Notes: generated from the letters alone by a model not told the origin. DNA of 64,000 nt from Candidatus Nanopelagicales bacterium (GCA_030827125.1 JAURFD010000006.1:53680-117679); one strand, 5' to 3'. Counted from the stretch's first letter, positions 27,535 through 38,125 are shown. Numbers and translations are program-made.

Positions 27535-28368
27535 CTAGAGGTCGACTTCGCCAGCGATAACGGTGACGCACTGGCCGCCGATCCAGATGTCGTCGCCGTC
27601 CTGCTGCACGTAGACGCGCCCACCGCGACCCATGGCGGTGCCTTGTGCGGCGACGTACGACTCCGGCGCAGCACCACTGCCGATGAGCCACTGGGCGAGC
27701 GCGGCGTTGAGTGATCCGGTGACCGGGTCCTCTGTGAGGCCAGAGTTGCCGGGAAAGAAGGCGCGCACCTCATAATCGACATCGCCCCGGTCATGGGGTC
27801 CCACCAGACCGATGTCTAGGCCGGCCAACACGTGCGGATCAGGGACCACGGACAGCACCCGATCGGCCGACTCCAGCATCACCGCCTGCCAGCCAGGACC
27901 GTTGTCGCACCACTGGTGGTCGACAATCTCGCTCCTCGCGACACCCAGACCCGCGGCGATGCGCTCGACATCAACCTCATCAAGCGGCCCACTGCGACGC
28001 AGTGGCGGTGCGGCAAAGGAGAGGACGTCGCCGGCACGGCGGATGCGCACCAGGCCCACCCCGCACTCCTGCACGATCACCTCGTCGCGAGGTTGCCCAC
28101 CGGCCGCCAGCCAGGCGTGACAGGTGCCCAGCGTCGGATGCCCCGCGAAGGGGAGTTCGCGCCCCGGACAGAAGATACGCACGCGGTAGTCCGCGGTCAG
28201 GTCGGTCGGTGGCAAGAGGAAGGTGGCCTCGGAAAGGTTCGTCCAATTGGTGAAGTCATGCATCTGTTGGGTAGTGAAGCTCTCGGCCGCGTGTACGACG
28301 GCGACGGGATTGCCCCGGAGAGGCTCGGCGGTGAAGACGTCCACCTGGCGGAAGGGTCGGGAAGCCAT
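27535..28368 (-). CDS. PhzF-family isomerase/epimerase
   Basis: QVDVF..GNPVAVV, NLSEATF, ELPFAGHPTLG, EDPVTGS. Confidence 0.92.
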   Translation of the reverse strand: MASRPFRQVDVFTAEPLRGNPVAVVHAAESFTTQQMHDFTNWTNLSEATFLLPPTDLTADYRVRIFCPGRELPFAGHPTLGTCHAWLAAGGQPRDEVIVQECGVGLVRIRRAGDVLSFAAPPLRRSGPLDEVDVERIAAGLGVARSEIVDHQWCDNGPGWQAVMLESADRVLSVVPDPHVLAGLDIGLVGPHDRGDVDYEVRAFFPGNSGLTEDPVTGSLNAALAQWLIGSGAAPESYVAAQGTAMGRGGRVYVQQDGDDIWIGGQCVTVIAGEVDL

Positions 28369-28377
28369 CCCCGGAGA

Positions 28378-31272
28378 TTACTCGGTAGCCGAGCGAGCCG
28401 ACTGTGACTGCAGACGCTCCAAGATGGCCTCCGCGCTCATCGCGGCGCCGAAGAGGTATCCCTGGCCGAAGTCGCACCCGGCGGACTGCAATAGCTCTGC
28501 CTGAGCCTCCGTCTCGATGCCCTCGGCAATCGTCTGGAGACCGAGTGTGCGAGCCATCTCGATCATGACCAGCACGAGGGTGTGACTGTCGTTGCCCAGC
28601 TCCAAGCCGCTCACGAATGCTCGGTCAATCTTCAGGTAGTCAATCCGGAGTCGTTGAAGGTATGACAAGGAGGAGTAGCCGGTGCCGAAGTCGTCGACGG
28701 CAATGCGCACTCCTGCCTCACGGTAGAGGTCGAGGGTGAGCAGCGTCTCCTCGTTGCTTTCAAGCGCGGCTTCCTCGGTGATCTCGACGGTGATGGCCTG
28801 TCCGGGGAGGCCAAGATCCTCGAGGAGCCGAAGGCGGTCACGTTGAGATTGCGGCCCGGAACGCAATTCCACGGGTGACAAATTGACCGCCGCCGAGAAG
28901 GCTGGCTCGATCTCGCGTGCTTGCCGCAATAGAGCGAGTGCCTTGGCGAAGGCGACGTCGCCGATATCGCGGATTCGGCCGCTGTTCTCGGCCAATGGGA
29001 TGAACTGATCCGGACCGATCGGTCCCAATTCTGGATCGTTCAATCGCGCCAACGCCTCAGCCTTGATCGTCCGTCCCGTGCGCAGGTCGATGATTGGCTG
29101 GAATTGAATCGCCAGCGACCCCCGGTCGAGGGCGAGGTTGAGAGCCTCGGTGACCCGTGCGCGGCGCTCTACACGTTGCCGCATCTCGGGGTCGTACTGT
29201 CTATAGCGCCCGCCCCCCTCGGCCTTGGCGGCACGCATCGCGTAGGTGGCAGCGTTCAGCAGATCCGGACTCGTGAGGCCGTCCTGCGGACAAACGGCGA
29301 TGCCAATGCTGGCCGACACATGGGCGGTCCCCGAGGCCACGTCCACCGGGTTGGCCAGCGCACTCGACAGGGTGTCCATGGCAGACCGGACCTCGTTGTC
29401 GGACAAAGAGCCGCGCAGGACGAGCGCGAACTCATCACCGCCGATACGCGCGACGGCGTCGGCGTCAGGGCACGCCTCGGTGATGCGCTGCGCAACCTCG
29501 CGAAGGACCAGGTCTCCGATCCGGTGCCCGAAGGAGGAGTTGATTTCGCTGAAGCGGTCGAGACCGATGACGGCGAGCATCACCGACCCATCTGTATTGG
29601 CTGCCTGATCAATAAGTACCTCGAGTTGGGCGCCGAACAGGAGGCGTCCCGGGAGTCCCGTCACGAGGTCGTCGCGCAACTCACTGAGCGGGGTCATGAT
29701 CGCGATGATGTGCCCCGATGGCCGGCCTTCTCCGCGCACCAATAGGACGGTCATCGTGTGGTCCGTGGGCACTCCGTCGGCATGCCGCATCGTCATCTCG
29801 CCGCGCCAGTAGGTGTCACGCGCGAGCGCTGAGCGAATTTCGCGGTACACCGCATCCGGCACGAGATTCGACCCCAGGAACCGGAAGTGATGGCCCAGCA
29901 ATTCCTGCACCTCGTAGCCCGTCATCTGGGTGAAAGCTTCGTTGGCATCAACGATGTGCCCGCTTTCGCTGAGGATGAGGACGCCGTTGTGGGTTGCGGC
30001 ATAGACGCTGGCGTGAATGCTCATCCGCTCCTCAGCCTCGACTTCCGCCGAGACGTCCGCCAAGTAGCCATGGAGGAGGACGTCTCCCGAACGCGTGAAT
30101 TCGGGAGTCGCCCGAGCTCGGTACCAGCGCACAACCCCCTCGGCATCTCGCAGCCTGAGCCGGTGCGTCCACTGGGCTCGGTCCGCAATCGCCGCCTGCA
30201 TGGTGGTCGCCGCAGCTTCCCGATCCTCGGCCTCCACCAGATCCCATAGGTCATCGGCGTTGTCCGCGACCGTCCTGGGATCAATCGAGAAATGCTCGGC
30301 CAGGCGGTCACTCACATAGGGCAGAGTGGTGCTGCCATCGGGGTGGATGCGGTACTGGAAGAGCATGCCGGGGGCGAGGGCGGCGAGATCGTTAAGGCGC
30401 TCCGTGGCTTCATCTCGCCGCTGACGAGCGCCGATCGTGGCGTAGGTCAGGAGCGCGAGGGCCACCGACAGCAGAGTGCCGAGCGCTCCCACGCCAGCGG
30501 CCAGGACATGCGGATCGCGGTCCGCGGCGAGGACCAATTGCCAGGTGTCGCCGGGCGGCTGAACCTCGTAAGCCTGGTGGCTTTGGGCCAAGACGTCGGG
30601 GTTGCCGTAGGTGTAGACGCCGGGTGACTCAGTCCCCGTCGTGACTCTCATGGCCACGGAACTCAGTGGAATGCCGGCATTGTCCATGGCATCGGCGAAG
30701 AATCGATCTGCGTCGATGACCGCACTGGCGAGCCCCCAGTAGCTGCCGTCATCGAGGAAGACCGGCACCCGGTAGGCCAGTCCCTTGCCCCCCTGGACGA
30801 GGTCGAAGGGACCGATCAGGCCAGGGCTTCGACTCTCGATGAGGGGTTCGATGGGTTCCCACTGGTCAGGGATCGACTCCAGGTCCAGGCCGAGCGCAGC
30901 CTCATTGCCCTCCAGCGGGGCGACGTAACCGATGACGTTGTCAGGAGCCAACGTGAGGGTTCGAACGATCGGACTCTCTTGGAGGAGTCGGTCCATAAAG
31001 CCCTCGGCGACGGCGGGGTCGAGTTCGCCGTTCCGCGCCGCCACATAGGACGCCAAAGCGTCGGTGAGTTGCGCTGCCGGTGTGGTGAGCGTCTCCAGTT
31101 GACGGGCGGCGAGGAGGCCAGCCCTGTCGACCTGCGCTCGGCGATCCCGATCGTCGGATTGGATGATGAGGAAGCTCAGGACGCCCGTGGCCGTGAGACC
31201 GATGGCAAGCACGGCAAGTGCGGCCAGCCACCGTCTGGCGCTGGGGGTCATCACCTGGCCGCGCCCCTCCAC
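28378..31272 (-). CDS. Membrane CHASE-PAS-PAS-GGDEF-EAL c-di-GMP signalling protein
   Basis: Two TM helices flanking GNEAALGLDL/GPFDLVQGG; PAS segments; RIGGDEF; EAL; DDFGTGYSS. Confidence 0.9.
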   Translation of the reverse strand: MEGRGQVMTPSARRWLAALAVLAIGLTATGVLSFLIIQSDDRDRRAQVDRAGLLAARQLETLTTPAAQLTDALASYVAARNGELDPAVAEGFMDRLLQESPIVRTLTLAPDNVIGYVAPLEGNEAALGLDLESIPDQWEPIEPLIESRSPGLIGPFDLVQGGKGLAYRVPVFLDDGSYWGLASAVIDADRFFADAMDNAGIPLSSVAMRVTTGTESPGVYTYGNPDVLAQSHQAYEVQPPGDTWQLVLAADRDPHVLAAGVGALGTLLSVALALLTYATIGARQRRDEATERLNDLAALAPGMLFQYRIHPDGSTTLPYVSDRLAEHFSIDPRTVADNADDLWDLVEAEDREAAATTMQAAIADRAQWTHRLRLRDAEGVVRWYRARATPEFTRSGDVLLHGYLADVSAEVEAEERMSIHASVYAATHNGVLILSESGHIVDANEAFTQMTGYEVQELLGHHFRFLGSNLVPDAVYREIRSALARDTYWRGEMTMRHADGVPTDHTMTVLLVRGEGRPSGHIIAIMTPLSELRDDLVTGLPGRLLFGAQLEVLIDQAANTDGSVMLAVIGLDRFSEINSSFGHRIGDLVLREVAQRITEACPDADAVARIGGDEFALVLRGSLSDNEVRSAMDTLSSALANPVDVASGTAHVSASIGIAVCPQDGLTSPDLLNAATYAMRAAKAEGGGRYRQYDPEMRQRVERRARVTEALNLALDRGSLAIQFQPIIDLRTGRTIKAEALARLNDPELGPIGPDQFIPLAENSGRIRDIGDVAFAKALALLRQAREIEPAFSAAVNLSPVELRSGPQSQRDRLRLLEDLGLPGQAITVEITEEAALESNEETLLTLDLYREAGVRIAVDDFGTGYSSLSYLQRLRIDYLKIDRAFVSGLELGNDSHTLVLVMIEMARTLGLQTIAEGIETEAQAELLQSAGCDFGQGYLFGAAMSAEAILERLQSQSARSATE

Positions 31273-31313
31273 TCGATCAGGGTAGGGCTATTTGTCCGAA
31301 TTTGACAGGTTGT

Positions 31314-31691
31314 TCACCTGCGGGTGAAGAACTCCGTCGCCCGACGTGAGAACAGCAGGCCGAGGATGACCATAGCGATGATCATCTGGACGACGCCGCT
31401 CCAGCGCAGGACGCTGACAAAGATCGCGTGGTAGGCACCTACGAGCAGGTTGATGACCGTGATGACTCCGACCAGGAGGCGGGCGAAGTTGTTGCCGTCA
31501 AAGATGCCCTTGGCCACGGCCAGGTAGATCAGGCCGATGACGAGCATGAGGATGAGCACGACGATGCTCACGCTCAGCCGCACTTCGTCGTTGAAGAGGT
31601 TGATGATGCCGCTCAGGATGAGGCCGATGCCCCCAATGACGATGAGAATGCCGACGATGGTGACGCCGATGGGGCGGGCAACTGCGCTCAC
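31314..31691 (-). CDS. Small 4-TM membrane protein
   Basis: GTG 31691 after AAGGAG; RPIGVTIV..., four hydrophobic segments. Confidence 0.75.
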   Translation of the reverse strand: MSAVARPIGVTIVGILIVIGGIGLILSGIINLFNDEVRLSVSIVVLILMLVIGLIYLAVAKGIFDGNNFARLLVGVITVINLLVGAYHAIFVSVLRWSGVVQMIIAMVILGLLFSRRATEFFTRR

Positions 31692-31796
31692 GGAGAACTC
31701 CTTGGCTGGGCCGATGGTGGCCCCATTGTGATGGCTACCGACCTGTTCGTGGCCGCGACAGGCCGGTAGACGGTTCATCTGCCGTAGCGTGACACC

Positions 31797-33812
31797 ATGG
31801 CTGGCGAACCACTCTCGGTCCTCGGGGCATGCCACCACGACTGCCCGGACACCTGCGCCTGGGAGGTCACCGTCGAGGACGGCGTCGCCACCCGTTTGCG
31901 CGGCAGCCCCAGCCATCCGGTGACCCGCGGATCGTTGTGCCCCAAGGTCAACCGGTATCTCGATCGGGTCTACCACCCCGATCGGGTCCTGACGCCGCTG
32001 CGTCGGGTCGGCGCCAAAGGCTCGCGGGACTTTGAGGAGATCACCTGGGGCGATGCCATCGAGATCATCGCGCGCCGCGTGCGGGAGCGTCTGGACCAGG
32101 GTCGACCGGAGTCCATCGTGCAGTTCTCCTTCGCTGGCACGCAGGGCCTGGTGCAGATGGGCGAGACGATCGACCGACTCTTCGACCTCATTGGTGCCAC
32201 CGATATCCGGCGTGAGCTCTGCGGTGTGAGTGCCTTCCGTGGAGCGGCTCGAGTCCTGGGTACGCCGTACAGCATTGACCCCGAGAGCATGAGGCAGGCG
32301 CGCACCATCGTGCTGTGGGGCACGGACACGCGCATGACCAATCGCCATCTGTGGCCGACGATCGAGGCGGCGCGGCACGCTGGCGCGACCATCATCGCCA
32401 TCGATCCGATCCGGACCGAGACGGCCCGGGCAGCCGACGTGCACTTGCAGCCGCGACCGGGCACGGATGTCGCGCTCGTGCTCGGCATCGTCCATGTGCT
32501 GGATCGCGACGGGCTGATCGACGCGGAATGGATCGACGAGCGCACCTCGGGTTGGGCGGAACTCGCCGCCAGCGCTTCGGAGTGGACGCCGGAGCGAGCC
32601 GACGAGATGTGCGGCCTACCGGACGGCACGGTGGCCTGGCTTGCGCCGCTCCTAGCGACCCAGACGCCCACGGCGTTCCGGACCCTCATCGGCCCCGAGC
32701 ATCGACGCGGGGGAGAGGAGATCCTGCGCGCGGTGACCATGCTTGCCGCTGCACTTGGCAGCTGGCAGAACTTCGGCGGGGGACTCGCACGCTCCACCGC
32801 CGCATGGCCCGAGACGGCGCTGGCGGGGACTCCACGTATCCCGCGTCCGGCGTTCAATATGGCGCGGCTCGGCGAGGTGCTCACTGAGGAAGACCCCTTC
32901 GCCGACACGCTCGTGGTGCACAACTGCAACCCCGCGGTGATCGTGCCTGACCAGAATCGGGTGATCGACGGTCTGTCGCGGGAGGACCTCTTCACCGTGG
33001 TCATCGATCAGTTCATCACCGACACCGCGGCGTACGCCGACATCGTGCTCCCGGCCACGACGCAGGTCGAGCAGCTCGACCTAGCTCCCTCGTGGGGGCA
33101 CATGTACCTCGCCCTCAATCGGCCGGCCATCGAGCCGCGCGGTCAGGCACTCCCCAACAGCGAGATTGCCCGGCGGCTTGGGGCAGCACTTGGGTTGGAG
33201 GACGAGTGGCTCTATCGAAGTGATGAGCAGGTCATCCGTGACGCGCTGGCGAGCGGGCACCCGCTGCTCGAGGGCATCACCTATGAGTCCCTGTCTGAGC
33301 GGGGCTGGCAGCGCCTTGCCGTTCCCGCTGGGGCGCGCCTCTATATCGACGAGATCCCGGGAGTGGCCAACGAGCGCATGCGGCTCGGGGCGCTCGATGT
33401 CGAACCCGCGGCGGCTGCGCACTCGCCTGAGGTGGACCCGCGATATCCGTTGACGCTGATCTCGCGCAAGCAGGTGCGAACCTTCCTGAATTCCCAGTAC
33501 GGCGGTTTCGCCGATCACCGACCGCCGGTCGGGGAGCCGCTGCTGCAGATCCACGCGGAGGATGCGCACGCGCGCGGGATTCGCGCCGGTGACCGGGTCG
33601 ACGTGCGCAATGAGCGCGGTGAGCTCACCCTCACCGCACAGATCAGCGATCAACTCCAACCGGGCCTGGTGGCGATCCCGTTCGGCTGGTGGAACGACTC
33701 AACGCCCCAGGGCCGCTCGGTGAATGCGTTGACCAATGCAGCGGTGGGCCGTGGTGACCGCGGATCGGCGTACTTCCACGACACCTACGTCGAGGTCACC
33801 CCGCACCCCTGA
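31797..33812 (+). CDS. Molybdopterin (bis-MGD) oxidoreductase, DMSO-reductase superfamily
   Basis: N-terminal CHHDCPDTC...LCPK Fe-S motif, PRPGTDVAL, ADIVLPAT, C-terminal molybdopterin-binding domain. Confidence 0.88.
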   Translation: MAGEPLSVLGACHHDCPDTCAWEVTVEDGVATRLRGSPSHPVTRGSLCPKVNRYLDRVYHPDRVLTPLRRVGAKGSRDFEEITWGDAIEIIARRVRERLDQGRPESIVQFSFAGTQGLVQMGETIDRLFDLIGATDIRRELCGVSAFRGAARVLGTPYSIDPESMRQARTIVLWGTDTRMTNRHLWPTIEAARHAGATIIAIDPIRTETARAADVHLQPRPGTDVALVLGIVHVLDRDGLIDAEWIDERTSGWAELAASASEWTPERADEMCGLPDGTVAWLAPLLATQTPTAFRTLIGPEHRRGGEEILRAVTMLAAALGSWQNFGGGLARSTAAWPETALAGTPRIPRPAFNMARLGEVLTEEDPFADTLVVHNCNPAVIVPDQNRVIDGLSREDLFTVVIDQFITDTAAYADIVLPATTQVEQLDLAPSWGHMYLALNRPAIEPRGQALPNSEIARRLGAALGLEDEWLYRSDEQVIRDALASGHPLLEGITYESLSERGWQRLAVPAGARLYIDEIPGVANERMRLGALDVEPAAAAHSPEVDPRYPLTLISRKQVRTFLNSQYGGFADHRPPVGEPLLQIHAEDAHARGIRAGDRVDVRNERGELTLTAQISDQLQPGLVAIPFGWWNDSTPQGRSVNALTNAAVGRGDRGSAYFHDTYVEVTPHP

Positions 33813-33876
33813 CCGATGTCCGACCGTTTTGGTTGGTTTTCCGGCCGAAGAACCAACCACAACGGTCGGAAACCGG
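33813..33876. repeat. REP-like palindrome family B, copy 1, between convergent genes
   Basis: TCCGACCGTTTTGGTTGGTTTT...GAACCAACCACAACGGTCGGA; similar to 60236. Confidence 0.85.
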
Positions 33877-33877
33877 G

Positions 33878-35077
33878 CTAATGCTGGAGGACGGCATCGA
33901 TCCAATCAAAGATGCGCTGTCCGCGCAGTTGCGGTGCCATCGGCTCGCAGTGCCAGTTGGCGCCCTCGTCGGCGGTGAAGTTCACGAGCGTCTTGCCCTC
34001 GGCCGTGATGAGCTCAAAGAGCTGCTGCGACTGTCCTGGCCAGAACTGCTCATCCTCGGGATTGGTGATGAGCACCGGACACGTGATCTGGCCCGCGACG
34101 TCGGTGAGGTTCCACTTGTCGAGTTCGTGAAGCACCGCGGAGAGCGTGGACAGGCCGTAGGGCTCGATGCGCTTGTCCAGGCTGGTGCGCACCTCACTGC
34201 TCGCGTCCTCAATCCCGGTCATGATCTGGTCGAACTGCGCATCTTCTCCGGCGTCGAGGAGTTGCAGCATCTCCGGGGGTAACTTGCCAGTCCACGAGGT
34301 GCGTACGTCGACGACTCCTGGGTCGGCCACGATGGCGGCGAGACGATGCTCGAACGCTGCGGCGCGCGGGACCCAGTAGCCGCCCTGGCTATTGCCGGCG
34401 AGGACGATGCTTCCCGGCGAGACGTCGTGGCGCTTGAGGAGGAAGTCGACGACCGGCGTGATTACGGCCTCCCAGTCGTAACGGAAGTAGAGCTTCTGCT
34501 CGTACAGCGCGCGACCCTGACCGGGACCGTCGAAGGTCATCGCGTGGTAGCCGCGAGCGAGGGCGTCGACGACGCCCATCTCGAGCATGTCGCTGACCGG
34601 GCCGTCGGAGCCGTTGTTGAGGATGATCGTGGGGCGCGGCTCGGGGCCGGCGGACCAGAAGTAGCCATGCAGATGCGTGCCGTCGTAGGGAATGAAGATG
34701 TGCTCGACCGGTGTCGGCCACAGGCGCATCGCGTGATCGAAGCATTGCCGGTGCCAGCGCCAGGTCGCGAGTTCCCTGCTCGGATCCTTGGTCGCCAAAA
34801 CGTAGAAGAACGCCGAGGCCGAGTAGTTCGCGGCGCGCAGGTAGGCGTCGCGCGCGGATGCCAGATGACCAGCCTTCTCGGCGTCCTCCGCAATACGCCG
34901 CACGCGGTGTGCGGTGGCCATCCACTCGTCGAACCAGGAGTCTGCATCGGCATTGGTGATGCGGTCGGTGGTGGCGTAGACCTCGCCAGCTTCGGATAAC
35001 CGATAGGGCGCTGAGCCGAGAGTGATGAGAGCCATGAACTCGAAGCCCTCGTCATCAAAGAATCGGTGCTGCGGCAT
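33878..35077 (-). CDS. Alpha/beta hydrolase (2,6-dihydroxypseudooxynicotine hydrolase / S9-like)
   Basis: YLRAANY, NNGSDG, FDGPGQG, GNSQGG nucleophile elbow, HCEP. Confidence 0.85.
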   Translation of the reverse strand: MPQHRFFDDEGFEFMALITLGSAPYRLSEAGEVYATTDRITNADADSWFDEWMATAHRVRRIAEDAEKAGHLASARDAYLRAANYSASAFFYVLATKDPSRELATWRWHRQCFDHAMRLWPTPVEHIFIPYDGTHLHGYFWSAGPEPRPTIILNNGSDGPVSDMLEMGVVDALARGYHAMTFDGPGQGRALYEQKLYFRYDWEAVITPVVDFLLKRHDVSPGSIVLAGNSQGGYWVPRAAAFEHRLAAIVADPGVVDVRTSWTGKLPPEMLQLLDAGEDAQFDQIMTGIEDASSEVRTSLDKRIEPYGLSTLSAVLHELDKWNLTDVAGQITCPVLITNPEDEQFWPGQSQQLFELITAEGKTLVNFTADEGANWHCEPMAPQLRGQRIFDWIDAVLQH

Positions 35078-35096
35078 GGTGCCTCCTCGGTGGCGA

Positions 35097-35993
35097 TTAG
35101 TTGGGTTGCGAGGCGTTCATCAAGTCTGCCGACTCGGCGGGGCCGAAGGATATGTCACGGAGGAGATAGGCGAAGACGCCGACGACCGTGATCGCTGAGG
35201 CCGCGACGATTCCCACTCCCGCGAAGAACGCCGCGAGGCCTCCGCCTACCGGGATCTGACCCGTGTCCCCGCGGGAGATCCATGCCAGCAGCACGCCGAC
35301 GGCGAGGAGAAGGACCCCCGCTCCGACGGGGATCAGCCAGCGAACCGCATCGCCCACGGATCGAATTCGACCGAAGCGTCCGGTGGAGAACGCGGTTGCG
35401 GCCGCCAGCCATGCTGTAGCGAGGGCGATGCCGCCGATCAAGTCGCTGGGGCGATGCCATCCGGCGATGAGGGTGGCCGTCGAGATGCCTGCTGCCCACA
35501 GCATCCCGAACGTCGCGATCCACAGTCGCGCGCGCAAGGACGACACGATGAGTAGCCCGAGGGCGAATGCCGTGGCGATCGTCGCGTGACCACTCGGGAA
35601 GGTGTCGATATTGCTCTCGTTGATCAGCGAGTTCATGTCCGGCGCGAGGTCGGGCCGGTGCAGAACGCGTTTCAGGACCTCGGCACTGAGCACGGCACCG
35701 CCGAACGCCACGGCCGTGATCACCGCCGTGGCAAATCGGCGGCGCAGCAAGCCGATGACCAGCAGGAGGATGACCATGAGCACGAGGGTGGAGATCCGGA
35801 TCTCGTGCAAGATTGACGTAATCCGTTGACGCGACTCCAGACTGGCGACAAGGCTGCCGAGATAAGCGCGGTCATCCCAGCGTTGGCCGATCGGCGTACG
35901 GACAAAGACGAGGTAGAGCAGGACTGCGCAGGCGCCAGCGAGGATGGCGAGGACGGTGAATCCGCGCGCGCGTGAGCGGAGGAGGGAACTCAC
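35097..35993 (-). CDS. PAP2-family membrane phosphatase
   Basis: KRVLHRP, FPSGH, WHRPSD motifs; GTGA overlap with the MFS gene. Confidence 0.85.
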   Translation of the reverse strand: MSSLLRSRARGFTVLAILAGACAVLLYLVFVRTPIGQRWDDRAYLGSLVASLESRQRITSILHEIRISTLVLMVILLLVIGLLRRRFATAVITAVAFGGAVLSAEVLKRVLHRPDLAPDMNSLINESNIDTFPSGHATIATAFALGLLIVSSLRARLWIATFGMLWAAGISTATLIAGWHRPSDLIGGIALATAWLAAATAFSTGRFGRIRSVGDAVRWLIPVGAGVLLLAVGVLLAWISRGDTGQIPVGGGLAAFFAGVGIVAASAITVVGVFAYLLRDISFGPAESADLMNASQPN

Positions 35994-37327
35994 CGATCCA
36001 CCGCGGCGAACTCCGCGTTGATCTCCTCCATACTCATGTGGCGACGGTCCTTCATCCGCCACAGCAGCGGGATGGCAATGGCGGAAGCGACGACAAGGAG
36101 CAGGCCGGATGCGACGGGAGAATCGAACCAGTCGATAAGCAGTGCGGCGATGAGGGGTGCGGTGCCGCCGAGGATTGCGGTGCCGAGGTTGTAGCCGACG
36201 GCGAGCGCGGAGTAGCGCGCACGGGAGGGGAACTGCTCGCCGATGGCCGCGACGACCGGCCCGGTGTAGAGCATGAGCAGCACGAGCAGCACCAGTCCAC
36301 CGACCATCACGACGAACAATCCCTCGTTGGTCATGAGCCAGAGCATAGGCAGGCTGAGGACGAGGAATCCGATGGCTCCGCTCACCAATGTGCGCGTCCG
36401 TCCATAGCGATCCGAGAGCCAGCCGAACGCCGGCGTGGCGACGGCGTAGACGATCGTCATGCCGGTCACCACCCATAGGGCTTCATCGGACTGGATCTCG
36501 CTGAAGGAGTCCAAGATGGTGGGGACGAAGCCGAGGACGACGTAATAGAGGATGCCGCCGTAGCCGGCGAGGAGTGCAGCGATGAGCACCTGCTTGGGCA
36601 GGTAGCGAATCGCGTAACGCAAGGGCTGCTTGGGAACGTCGCCGGCTTCCTCCTCATCGATGAACTCCTCGGTCTCCGGCATGCGTCGACGCATGACGAG
36701 CGCGAAGAGCCCAAGGGCGCCACCGACGAGGTAGCAGATGCGCCAGCCCCAGTCGGACATGAAATCGCTCGACGTCCACGTGGTCAGGCCGGCAACGAGC
36801 GCCGACGCGAGGATGATGCCGATGCCGCTGGTGAAGACCGCGGTGGATGCAATGAAGCCGCGACGGCCGGTTGGCGCCTGCTCCACGAGTTGAACCACTG
36901 TTCCGCTGTATTCGCCGCCGGCGGAGAAGCCCTGGATCAATCGCATTCCCGTGAAGAGCAGCGGCGCTCCGATCCCGATGGCGGCGTAGGTCGGCAAGAA
37001 GGCGGTGAGGGCCATCGGTGCCGTCATCATGAGGATGGACAGCACGAGGGCGCGCTTGCGGCCCAGTCGGTCGCCGATGCTGCCGAAGAAGGCGCCGCCC
37101 ACAATGCGCATGATCGATCCGGCCGCGAAGACACCGAGGCTGGCGATCGCGGATATCAGCGCATCGTCGGACGGGAAGAACAGCGGCGACATCACGGGGA
37201 CCAGGTAGAGGTAGAGCCCGTAGTCGAACCACTCCACGACGGTGCCGGCTGAGCCGTAGATCACTGCTGCTCGCGTGCGCGCGCGCTCGGCAGGGGTGGG
37301 CGTCGGCGCAGCAGCGGGCGTCGGCAT
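35990..37327 (-). CDS. MFS metabolite:H+ symporter (ProP-like)
   Basis: EWFDYGLY, GDRLGRK, RLIQGFSAGGEY, SDRYGR. Confidence 0.92.
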   Translation of the reverse strand: MPTPAAAPTPTPAERARTRAAVIYGSAGTVVEWFDYGLYLYLVPVMSPLFFPSDDALISAIASLGVFAAGSIMRIVGGAFFGSIGDRLGRKRALVLSILMMTAPMALTAFLPTYAAIGIGAPLLFTGMRLIQGFSAGGEYSGTVVQLVEQAPTGRRGFIASTAVFTSGIGIILASALVAGLTTWTSSDFMSDWGWRICYLVGGALGLFALVMRRRMPETEEFIDEEEAGDVPKQPLRYAIRYLPKQVLIAALLAGYGGILYYVVLGFVPTILDSFSEIQSDEALWVVTGMTIVYAVATPAFGWLSDRYGRTRTLVSGAIGFLVLSLPMLWLMTNEGLFVVMVGGLVLLVLLMLYTGPVVAAIGEQFPSRARYSALAVGYNLGTAILGGTAPLIAALLIDWFDSPVASGLLLVVASAIAIPLLWRMKDRRHMSMEEINAEFAAVDR

Positions 37328-37408
37328 CGCACCACCGTAGCGACCACGGACGCGCAGACGGCGTCCCTTCTAGAAAGTGACGTGAGGCGCGACGTAGTCG
37401 GGACAGAT

Positions 37409-38125
37409 CTAGTTGAGCGGCGCGTAGGCCTTGTCGCCGACACCGATCGAGATCACCGGGTCGCGTGACGGCTTCAGCCAGCGCAGGAGCTTGCGCATGG
37501 TGTTGCGCGAGACCGACACGCAGCCCTGCGTGGGCTCACCCGCGCTGACGTGCAGGAAAAACGCCGAGCCAGCGCCGGCGACCACAGGGTCGCGGTTGTA
37601 GTCGATGACGATGGCGTAGTCGTACAGGCTGATCGTCGACAGGTGCTCGGAGGCACCGGTGGAGAAGCTGCAGGTGCCTGGCGCGCAGGTCTGGAGAGTG
37701 TTGTATGCCGAACTGCCGACGTCCGACACCCACCAGTCATACGGACCCACCTGACGGTAGGGCAGGTGCGCGCCAGGGTTGCGACTGCGCCCAAAGGTCT
37801 CGGTCACGCCGAAAACTCCCCGCGGTGTCCGGGATCGGTATTCGGAGGCCTTGCCGACGCCGTCCGTGCCGACGTACGCCGTCACGGGGCCGAGCACGCG
37901 GCGGAAACTCCCGTCCGGTCGCACCTTCCAGGCCTCAAGGGTGCCCACCGTGCTGCCTCGGGATGGGACCGAGACGGTGATGACCTGTGCGGCGGACGAC
38001 GCCCGTGCCTGTGCCGTCGAGCTGATCGAGGGGTCCACCGGCGCAGCCTGAATCGGGGCCGTCGCTGCGAGGGGTATAAGCAGTGCGGCCGCGGCGATGC
38101 CGACGGCGACGATGTGGGACCTCAC
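37409..38125 (-). CDS. Secreted L,D-transpeptidase (YkuD-like) family protein
   Basis: Signal peptide; RTPRG, GSAFFLH...PTQGCV catalytic His/Cys. Confidence 0.85.
   Translation of the reverse strand: MRSHIVAVGIAAAALLIPLAATAPIQAAPVDPSISSTAQARASSAAQVITVSVPSRGSTVGTLEAWKVRPDGSFRRVLGPVTAYVGTDGVGKASEYRSRTPRGVFGVTETFGRSRNPGAHLPYRQVGPYDWWVSDVGSSAYNTLQTCAPGTCSFSTGASEHLSTISLYDYAIVIDYNRDPVVAGAGSAFFLHVSAGEPTQGCVSVSRNTMRKLLRWLKPSRDPVISIGVGDKAYAPLN

Noticed and set aside
26734-27794. Short ORFs listed over and after tmRNA
   Set aside because: They overlap tmRNA or hairpin-rich DNA and have no motifs, no SD and atypical composition.
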